A DNA stretch of 64,000 nucleotides from Blastocladiella emersonii ATCC 22665 (lineage: Eukaryota; Fungi; Blastocladiomycota). This document shows positions 55,674 through 64,000 of this stretch, one piece after another. The stretch's first letter is position 1. Each line of letters opens with the position of its first letter. Both the position numbers and the translations under genes were made by a program. Under the pieces are notes generated by a model. That model saw nothing but the letters and a program-made list of their open reading frames with translations. It had not been told where the DNA came from and made no database searches. The stretch spans positions 2,418,001 through 2,482,000 of the forward strand of contig JANHCV010000004.1 of the NCBI GenBank assembly GCA_025594325.1, written 5' to 3'.

Positions 55674-56355
55674 GGCGCCGAGCGCTGCGTGAGCGCCGCC
55701 GCCGTCGCAGTGGTACGCTGCGTGTGGGTCCTCGGCCGCCGCCACCACCACCTAACCTCTGCGTCCTGCCTCTAGTGCAACGGCTGCGCACTCGCCGCCC
55801 GCCCGTCTGGCTGTTTGATTTCATTACATTTGTCTTCCTCGTCTCTACCCCACCCTGCTGCCCCTCCACCTCGTCGCGTGCCGGTCGCCCTGTCCCATCC
55901 CCCCACCCTCTCCCTCTCGCCGGCCGTCCCTGGAAATATGACACCGAATCTGCACCTAGCACACCGATTGACGCTTTCCTGGGTGTGCGCCGTCCTGCTC
56001 CCGCTCCGGAGCCTCTCTCTCGATCGACATGGACATTGGTCGCGACCTCCCCCCTCCCCTACTCTGCTTTTCCCCTCCATCACCGTCGAAATGGGATCCC
56101 TAGTGTCGTCCGCTCGTTGCCTCCTCGCGCGCTCAGGATCACCGAGGACCGAAAATTCACACGAGGCGAGGGAAAGTGAGATGAGGGGCAGCCGGCCAGC
56201 AAGGCCGACGTCACTGCGGCGCGGAACCGTCGCGTCGCGTCGCGTCCAGCAAAATTTCCGAACTTTCCGAGCGTCTCCCGCCGTATGAAAGCGGATCGCG
56301 GCCCCCCTCTCCGTCCTCGCTCTCCGCCACCTCGCAGCCTTGCACACTTGTAACC

Positions 56356-57623
56356 ATGTCATCGACGCCCAAGGACCCGCCGGCCTCGCTCACCTTCCCC
56401 GCGCCGCCGCCGCCGCGCATCGCCATGCCCGCGCAGAGCATGAAACTCGAGAGCGAGCTCAACCCGCCCGACGTGTCCGACTCGCTGCACCTCGAGGAGC
56501 TCGACAAGAACCTGTACCGCGTCGCGCCCGCCGCGCTCTGGCGGCCCGTCGGCGCGCGCGGCGTGTTTGGTGGGCAAATCATTGGTTTAGCGCTTGTCGC
56601 AGCTACGAACACGGTCCCGGCGCCGTTCAAGGTGCACTCGCTGCACAGCTACTTCCTGCTCGGCGGCGACAACACGCGCGCCATCGTGTTCCACGTCACG
56701 CCGATGCGCGACTCGCGCTCGTTCGTCACGCGCCAGGTCACGGCCCAGCAGAACGGCCGGCCCATCTTCATCATGGTGTGCAGCTTCATGCGCCGCGAGG
56801 CGTCGCCGCTCGAGCACCAGTACACGATGCCGCCCGCGCCCGCCCCCGAGTCGCTGCCGTCGCGCGAGGAGATGCTCGCCGGCTGGCTCTCCAAGACCCC
56901 GGCAAAGTACCACGAGGCCATCAAGGAGCGGCTCGAGGAGGTCCGTTCTCTCTCGCGCGATTACATCGCTCGGATCCGACCTTGCTAACGTTGGTGAACC
57001 GCATGCGTAGCCGATCCCCATCGACATGCGGCCGTGCGACACGCCGAGCCCGACGGACCTCGTGTACCCGGCGAGCAAGGAGCCGCGCCAGCTCGTGTGG
57101 ATGAAGTCCAAGACCAAGCTGCCGGCCGACCCGGCCTTCCACATGTGCGTCGCCGCCTACTGCTCGGACCACCAGCTGCTCTGGACCACGGTGCGCCCGC
57201 ATGGCGTGACCGTTGCGTACGTTCTCGCTACCTGCCTTCCCCCTCGACCGACCACACGCGCTAACGTGGGCGAACGCGTGTAGCACGAACCCGCAGCTCG
57301 GCATGGTCGTGTCGCTCGACCACTCGATGTGGTTCCACACCGACTTCCGCGCCGACGAGTGGCTCCTGTACGAGATGGAGAGCCCGCGCACGGGCGGCGC
57401 GCGCGGCGTGGCGCTGGGCCGGCTGTGGACGCGCGACGGCACGCTCGCCGTGACGTGCGCGCAGGAGGGCCTGCTGCGCGCCACGGTCGACCCCGAGAAG
57501 CCCATCACGGGCGGGCTCGGGTACCGCCGCGTCAAGGACCTGCAGCGCACGCTCCTCGACCGCGACCAGAAGAAGCAGCGCGACATGGAGAACGAGCAGG
57601 GCGAGCTCAAGGCCAAGCTGTGA
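56356..57623 (+). CDS. Acyl-CoA thioesterase II (TesB/Tes1/ACOT8); introns 56941-57010 and 57217-57283
   Basis: GVFGGQIIGLAL, VHSLHSYFL, RDSRSFVTR.V.A.Q.G, AYCSD, MVVSLDHSMWFH, WLLY..ES...GGARG...GR and QEGL.R. Confidence 0.96.
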
Positions 57624-57721
57624 GCTGACTGACCGTTGCGGACGGGATGGAAGGTGGAAGGGAACGGGATATACTAGCTGACTGACACTGATGCTCGCGA
57701 AGTACACTGCGAGTCGTGCGG

Positions 57722-57998
57722 CTACTCGCCGAGCACAAACTTGCGGTCGAGGTGCTGGAACAGGGCGAGGCACGCGACGTAGCCGCCGAGGAACCCGACG
57801 CCCACGAACGTGGCGTGCCGGCCGCCGATGGGCGCTGGCTACACGCACAGGCGTGAGGATGAGCATCCAGCCGGCGGCTGCGATCGTCCGGCAGTCAGCG
57901 CGTACGCGGTAGTAGCGCTGGGCAAAGTTGAAGGCAGCGTAGCCGCCGCCCACGCCGGCGCCGAGCGAGAGCGCGTTCACAATGCGGTTGACGCCCAT
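57722..57998 (-). CDS. 69-aa two-helix membrane microprotein; exons 57998-57906 and 57838-57722
   Basis: A GTACGC donor, CTCAC branch point and TAG acceptor give a phase-0 67-nt intron. Product: MGVNRIVNALSLGAGVGGGYAAFNFAQRYYRPAPIGGRHATFVGVGFLGGYVACLALFQHLDRKFVLGE. Confidence 0.7.
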
Positions 57999-58165
57999 GG
58001 CTAGTTGTTGGTTGATTCGTTGCAGAGTAGTGTTTGTTGATGGTTCGAGAGAGCGAGGGTCGGCAGCGGGTGACGCGCTCCAGAAGACCTTGGATTGGCG
58101 CTGCTGCCTCAGCCTCAACTCGTCCCTTCCCTCTCTCCTCCAACGATGAGTAAGCAAATGAATCC

Positions 58166-59635
58166 ATGACCACGATGAACGCTGCCAGTCCCGATGAATC
58201 AACTGTCGCGCTGTGCGACGAGCTGCAGACCGAGGAGATGGTCGCGCTCGACGCCATCTTCCCCGACGGGTTCCAGTGGACCCCTGCACCGGCGCCGCTC
58301 GCGCGCCGTGGATTCCTCGCCGTGGATGTCGTTTTACCTTCCAGCGATCTGGCGGTTGAGGTTGACCAGCCGGTCGCCAAGAACCTGTTGTCCTCGGCCA
58401 CGGTGCAGTCGCTCCCGCCCGCGACCGTCGACTTTGCGCTCCCGCTCGACTACCCGGCCGATTCGCCCGCACGCGTCTCGGTTCGGTGCTCTTGGCTTCC
58501 CGAAGCGGCTCTCGCATCGCTGTCCGAGGCCGCGACCGATGCTGCGAGCGCCGCCGGCTCGGACGTTGCGCTGTTCGAGGTGCACGCCGCCGTCGCTGCT
58601 GCCCTCGAGACCTTCCTCGCTGCTGCGTCCCCGCTCCGCGTGGCGCCCGGCGCGCTCGAAACCATCGTGCACCACGACCAGAACGTCCGCCGCGCCGCGT
58701 TCCGATCGCAGCAGTACACGTGCCTCATCTGCTTGTACCCGCGGTTCGGCAAGGATGCCGTCGCGCTTCCTGGTTGCGGGCACCTCTTCTGTCGCGCCTG
58801 TCTCCACGACTTCTTTGTCGTCCTCGTCGACAACGGCATGCCGCACCAGGTGCGATGCCCGCACCCCGACTGCGCGCCAAGTGCCCGCGGAGCAGCGGCT
58901 GCCGGAGCACCAGACGCGCAGGAAGCCGAACTGGACGCCGAGGCGCAGCTCGCGGCGCATCCCGTCACCGCAGCCTTCCTGACCGACCTGATCGGCGCCG
59001 CGCGCACGGCCAAGTGGACCGAGCAGTTCCTCAACCGCGCGTACGCGAGCGACCCGTCAATGCTGTGGTGCGCGCGCGTCACGTGCGGCGGCCCCGCGCG
59101 GCGCGCGACCGACGGCGTGTACACGCGGCTGGCGACGTGCCTGCACTGCAAGTACGCCTTCTGCGCGCACTGCAACCGCGGGTGGCACGGCAACGCGCAG
59201 GGGTGCGCGGTGCGCGACCAGCAGGGCGCCCTCAAGGCGTACCTCGACGCACGCGCGGACCCGGACCCCGCGCACCGCGAGAAGCGCGTGCTCGAGCTCC
59301 TGCTCCGGTACGGCCGCGCCACGCTCGACCGGCTGCTCCAGGCGTATGAGGACGAGCAGGCGACGCTCGCGTGGGTCCGCGACAACGCTGCCGTGTGCCC
59401 GCGCTGTGCGACTCCCGTTATCAAGTCGGACGGGTGCAACCACATGAGCTGCGCGACGTGCGGCGCCCACTTTTGTTACATCTGCGGCACCGGGCTCGAC
59501 GGGCTGGCCAACAAGTACGACCACTTCACCAAGGTCGGGTCGTCGTGCCGCGGGAAGCTGTTCGAGGGCCTCGTCATAGACGAGGAGGCCAACGAGCTCG
59601 CCGCCGTGCAGATTGCGTTTGGCGAGGACTGGTAG
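58166..59635 (+). CDS. RWD-RING-IBR-RING (RBR) E3 ubiquitin ligase, RNF14/Itt1-like
   Basis: RWD domain (Q.EEM.AL.AIFP..LP..YP), RING1 CLIC..CGHLFC..C..CPHPDC, IBR, and RING2 CPRC...K.DGCNHM.C..C..HFCY.C. Confidence 0.95.
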   Translation: MTTMNAASPDESTVALCDELQTEEMVALDAIFPDGFQWTPAPAPLARRGFLAVDVVLPSSDLAVEVDQPVAKNLLSSATVQSLPPATVDFALPLDYPADSPARVSVRCSWLPEAALASLSEAATDAASAAGSDVALFEVHAAVAAALETFLAAASPLRVAPGALETIVHHDQNVRRAAFRSQQYTCLICLYPRFGKDAVALPGCGHLFCRACLHDFFVVLVDNGMPHQVRCPHPDCAPSARGAAAAGAPDAQEAELDAEAQLAAHPVTAAFLTDLIGAARTAKWTEQFLNRAYASDPSMLWCARVTCGGPARRATDGVYTRLATCLHCKYAFCAHCNRGWHGNAQGCAVRDQQGALKAYLDARADPDPAHREKRVLELLLRYGRATLDRLLQAYEDEQATLAWVRDNAAVCPRCATPVIKSDGCNHMSCATCGAHFCYICGTGLDGLANKYDHFTKVGSSCRGKLFEGLVIDEEANELAAVQIAFGEDW

Positions 59636-59783
59636 CGAGCGGCCCGTCATCTGTATATAAGACAACTGTTCTGCGATACGCTTACTGTGCCACGACCAGG
59701 TGTTCGGGCGGAGGGATGGCAGGAACGAAGAGGATGGGAGGTGGTCGAGCATCGCGCTAGCAAACTTTCATGTATAGACCACG

Positions 59784-61543
59784 CTATGCAGCGGCCGAGG
59801 CCACGAGGAACAAGTTGGTAAAGTATCGGCCAGACGGCGCGTCGACGGCGAGCCGGCCCGCGCGAGCCGCGTGCGCGAGCAGCTGGCGCGCGAGGGCCAC
59901 GGAGACCGCAGGTCCGAGCTTAGCCGCGACCGCGACGGCGTCGAGTCCGTCCCGTGGCACCTCCTTGGCCCACGCCTCGAGCTCGGCGAACAAGCCGGTG
60001 TCCGCGTACCGCGGCGTGTGCACGATGCGCGCGCCGCTGTCGAGCTCGCGTGCCGTGTACGGCAGGCCGAGCGGGGCGAGCTGGCCCGCGGCGTGCCACA
60101 GGTCGGACGGCGACACGAGCGCGACGCCGCGCGCGCGGTTGAACATGCAGTACAGGTCGGTCAGCGCCAGGATCCCGCCCTGCGACCCCGACGCAGGCAG
60201 GACGTGCGCGAGGAAGTCGGCCAGGTCGCGCGCCAGCGCACGGTCGCGGTCGTCGCCCCGCACCTTGGCGCCCAGCGCGCCTGACTCGGTGCCGAGCGAA
60301 GCGGTGGCGCCCAGGGAGAGCATCGCGGACCGGAACTCGGCGACCAGCGCGTCGTTGTCGTCGTCGACGGCGGACAGGTCGCGCGACTGCTTGAGCTTGC
60401 TCGCGATGGTCGTCGAGAGCGAGACCTACGCGCGGATTGTGCGGGTCGAGTGAGAGGGTGCTACTACATGGCAGTGATGGAGTGATGGAGCAAGCGTACC
60501 ATCTCCTGTGCTTTGGCCATGAGCGCGTCCAGGTCGGCAAACGCTGTACTCAGCGCCTCGCGCTGCGACGACTGCGACTGCTCCTGGTGCGCGACGATCC
60601 CGCTCAGACCTACTTGTCGGAGTTAGCCGCGCTTCTCCGCATCTGAGACTGATCGACGCACCAAGCGGCTTTGGTGCAGGTGGTGCGGAAGCGGGAGCAG
60701 CGACGGGCGCGACTGCTCCAGGCGACGGTGATCTCGGCGGCGGTGCGACTTCCCACGCCCGCGCGCGGAGCGCCGTGACCAGCGCCTGGTAAAAGGCCTG
60801 CGACCCGCCCTGGCGAAACGACAGCTTGACGACGGCGCGCTGCGTTTCGCCCGTGAGCGCGAGTCCGCACGCGGCGCACGCGCGCGCCGACGGAGTATTG
60901 GCGAGCGTGCATCGCGGACACACGGACGAAACCGCAGTTGTTACAGGGGCGAGCGGGGACTGGCACATGGCGCACGCGGTGGACGAGGGCGGGTTCGCGA
61001 ACGTGCACGCGGGACACGCGCGGGCGGCCTGGCGTGCGTTGCCGCAGTCGGCACAGGCGGACCTCGTCATGTCGGAGGGCGCGACGTGGACGCGCTGGCA
61101 CACGTGGCAGGTCCACGGCGCAGGTTTCGCGGAGGATGGCGGGCGCGCGGCAGCGGCAGCCGAGGCGGGGAGCGGGTCGGCCCACGCTAGGTCGAGCGTG
61201 ATCTTGGGCGAGGAGCGGAGGAAGCCGGGCTACGTCCGCCTCGAGTCAGCACAAGTCCTGCATCGTGCGCGCGCAGTCAGCGTACCGCGAGCGTCGCGTT
61301 GGCAACATCAGCGAGCGCCAGCGCGATGGCAAGTGGCGGTTGGCCAGGCGATGGTGACTTGACGGCGCTGACGAAGAGCAGGCGGCGCGAAGTGAGGTGG
61401 GCGGCGCCGTCCTCGTGCGAGCCGGGCAGGCGCGTCTGGCCGTCGTACAGCCCGACGCGCGTCTGCACGCGGTGCAGGATCTCGTCGGCGGCGAGGGTCG
61501 GGCGGCCCGCGGGCGTCAGCGTGCATGGAGTCCAGCGGTTCAT
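59784..61543 (-). CDS. VPS36: ESCRT-II subunit Vps36 (GLUE domain, NZF zinc fingers, EAP30 domain), multi-exon
   Basis: GLUE VGLYDG..HLTSRRL; NZF W.C.VC, CPACTFAN and CPRCTLAN; KLSFRQGG..FY; AFADLDALMAKA.EM; GGIL.LTDLYCMFNRARG..LVSP.D. Confidence 0.95.
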
Positions 61544-61728
61544 GGTGCTTTCATTGAGGGTAGTTCGACGCTCGATGCGAGAGCAGAAGCGCGTCGCGTC
61601 GTGTCTTCGACTTCTGCGCCACAACCGCCACCACGCCCGCTCACGCCGCTCATCCATGGACGACAACAGAACGAATGGATCAGAGTACAGGATGAATCTC
61701 GGCACGATCCACAGCACAGACAACCGGC

Positions 61729-61804
61729 TTACGGGGTGCGCGCGTGCGGCGGGGTCCACGGGACCCTGATGGAGCGGAACTCGCGCTGCGGCGGGAGCTG
61801 CTGC

Positions 61805-61839
<35 letters not shown>

Positions 61840-62853
61840 GCCTTGGGGAGGGGTCCAGTCGACGTGCACGGCGCGGTGCTCGTGGGTGCCGTGGCGGCGA
61901 GCGTGCTCGCGGTAGTACTGCTCGAGCGTGTCGGACGAGGGCACCTCGAGGTAGTCGGCGAGGAACTTGAGCGGAGCGGGGCCGAGCTGGTCGCGCATGC
62001 GGCTGGCCATGGCAAGCTCCGCCTCGGAGAAGTAGGTGCCGTAGGCGCCCGGGTACTGCAGGCGGCGGCCGGTGCGCGCCGCGCACGCCGTGGCGACGGC
62101 CTGGTACAGCCACGTGGTCGGGTCGAGGTCGCCGTCGGCCACGGCCGCGAGCAGCAGCAGCGGCAGGTTGCGGTGGATGTGCGGCGGGTACTGGGCGTAC
62201 AGCGCGCGCGACAGAACCACGAGCCATGTCTCGGTCTGGGTCAGCGGCAGCGGGCCGAGCGGGTTGGCGGCGGTCGGGGCCGACGCGATGGGCGCGGTCG
62301 GGTCGAAGGCGGCGACGCCGACCTGGGTGAGGCGGTCGAGGGCGGCGCGCACGTCGGCGGCGACGGGGTAGTTGGTGCGGAACAGGTTGGCGAGGGCCGG
62401 GTCGCGGGCGAGCAGCGCCGTGAGCGCGGCGGGCGTGGCGAGCCACTGCGTGTAGGCGCGGTGGATGGGCGCGCGGTCGGCGGCGGGGCGCGTGTAGAAG
62501 CGGTTGACCGTGGCGCGCACCATGCCGAGGACGGCGAGCGCCGGGTCGCGGCCGGCCGCGTCGAGCAGGCGCGTGGCGAACGCCTCGGGGTCGTTGGCGC
62601 CCGCGGCGAAGGCGAGGGCCTCGACGGCGTCGCCGGGCTCGAGAAGGTACGGCACCAGCGGGAGCACGCCGGGAGCCGCGGCGCCGGGCCCGTCGCTCCG
62701 CTTGCAGATGTGGATGCCGAGCGAGTCGAAGGCGCCGTTGGGCAGCACGTCGTAGGATGGCAGCGGCTGCTGTTGCTGTTGCAGCTGCGGCTGCTGCTGC
62801 GCCGGTGCAGGGCGGTTCGAGGGCGTGGCCGGCTGCAGTACGGGCGGATCCAT
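61729..62853 (-). CDS. Hypothetical 374-aa protein with polyQ tracts at both ends
   Basis: ATG at 62853 in an 'atcaccATG' context, strong GC3 codon bias and a helical core with W/Y-containing motifs. No family recognised. Confidence 0.7.
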
Positions 62854-63314
62854 GGTGATGCGGAGCGTGATTCGGTGCGCCCGTGGTGGAACGAGGGGGG
62901 GGGGGGCGGGGAGAGCGGCGGCGGACAGCGGGATCGTGGGACTCGCTTTGTACCGGCGGGCGCGCGGGTGATGCGGACGAGACGAAGGACACCGGCTCGA
63001 AAGGCGAGGGACGGGCGACGCGGCGACCAACGCGACGCGCAGCGGCAGGAACCCAAACGACGCGTTCAGCCCGCACGCGTGACTGCCGGTGACATCATCC
63101 CATGCGCCGGCCTGCCCGCGTGAGCGGTGAGCAACGCGTTTCCGTTTTCACGTCGGCATGCTCGGGATTCCTTCCGAGCTCTCTCTCTCTACGCAACCCG
63201 CTCCGTGACTGGGACATCGCCGACCGCCACACCCTACCATGTATGCTATGCCACTGCCCATGCACACACCACGATACGATCGGACCCACGAGCTGACGCC
63301 GCTCCCGCGCTAGC

Positions 63315-64000
63315 ATGTCCCCGATCCTGCTCGCCGCCGCCGCCCGCACGGCCGCGCGCCGCTCCCTCGCCCGGAGCGCCGCCGTGCGCGCCACCCTCGC
63401 CACCGCGGCTGCCCAGGCCCCCAAGTTCGTGCCCGGCCAGATGCTCGCGCGCCAGGCCGAGGTCCCGCGCCTGCCCATCCCCTCGCTCGAGTCGTCCGCC
63501 GCCGTCTACCTCGCCTCGGTCCGCCCGCTGCTCGACGACGCCGCCTACGCTGCCACCGAGGCCAACGTGCGCGCCTTCCTCGCCCCCGGCGGCCAGGGCG
63601 AGCTGCTGCAGGCCCGCCTCCGCGACTACGACGCCGCCCAGCCCAACAGCTGGCTCGAGGACTTCTGGCTCAAATACGCCTACCTCGTGTGGCGCTGCCC
63701 GACCGTCCTCAACGTCAACTGGTGGTGCCAGTTTGTCGACCCCTCCACCGTCCCGAACCTCAAGGTCCTCGACGCCGTCCCGCCCAAGGGCACCTTCACC
63801 GACGTGCAGCTCACCCGCGCCGCCGGCATCGTCGCCGGCATGCTCGACGCCAACGCCGTCATCCAGGCCGGCGCCCTCCCCGTCGACACCATCAAGGGCA
63901 AGCCGCTCTGCATGAACCAGTACACCAAGCTGTTCGGCGGCAACCGCTTCCCCGTCGAGGGCTGCGACGAGATCGTGACCCCCTACCCGTCCCACTCCCG
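63315..64000 (+). CDS. Carnitine O-acyltransferase (Cat2/CPT2-like), 5' part, truncated by the window end
   Basis: Mitochondrial presequence, then VPRLPIPSLE...YL..VRPLL, GELLQARL, SWLEDFWL..AYL..R.P..LNVN and PLCMNQY..LFG..R.P. Confidence 0.93.
   Translation, partial: MSPILLAAAARTAARRSLARSAAVRATLATAAAQAPKFVPGQMLARQAEVPRLPIPSLESSAAVYLASVRPLLDDAAYAATEANVRAFLAPGGQGELLQARLRDYDAAQPNSWLEDFWLKYAYLVWRCPTVLNVNWWCQFVDPSTVPNLKVLDAVPPKGTFTDVQLTRAAGIVAGMLDANAVIQAGALPVDTIKGKPLCMNQYTKLFGGNRFPVEGCDEIVTPYPSHS

Overview
Very GC-rich, gene-dense eukaryotic DNA. The short GT-AG introns (about 55-80 nt, GTRCG donors, CTRAC branch points), a flagellar Tctex1-D2 light chain, fungal-type Cox9 and globin, and a 'WW..SGL' ankyrin-like family point to a zoosporic, early-diverging fungus, probably Blastocladiomycota (inference). 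Many long ORFs in the supplied track are antisense shadows of GC3-biased genes, so real genes were rebuilt by splicing. Recognisable genes: globin, MoCF/CinA-like protein, cytochrome P450, Exo70, an HSL-type hydrolase, Tctex1-D2, a RAD51 paralog, Sec2, an LPLAT acyltransferase, CFIm68-like RRM protein, SRP68, RMD1/Sif2, EMC6/Rab5ip, two tandem class-3 lipases, GDP-fucose synthase, Cox9, TesB/ACOT8, an RNF14-like RBR ligase, Vps36 and a partial carnitine acyltransferase. The most unusual elements are: (1) a 509-aa protein made almost entirely of about 41 GYYGDDSKGYDS repeats, whose nucleotide variation is nearly all synonymous; (2) a 2,329-aa single-pass protein built from alternating ~150-aa beta-rich modules; (3) an accessory island at about 27.4-37.9 kb with frameshifted pseudogenes, a chimeric gene carrying a degenerate RasGEF, a RhoGAP relic and an AT-rich inverted-repeat element; and (4) a spliced 69-aa membrane microprotein absent from the ORF track. 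All family calls come from motif recognition by eye; no searches were run.
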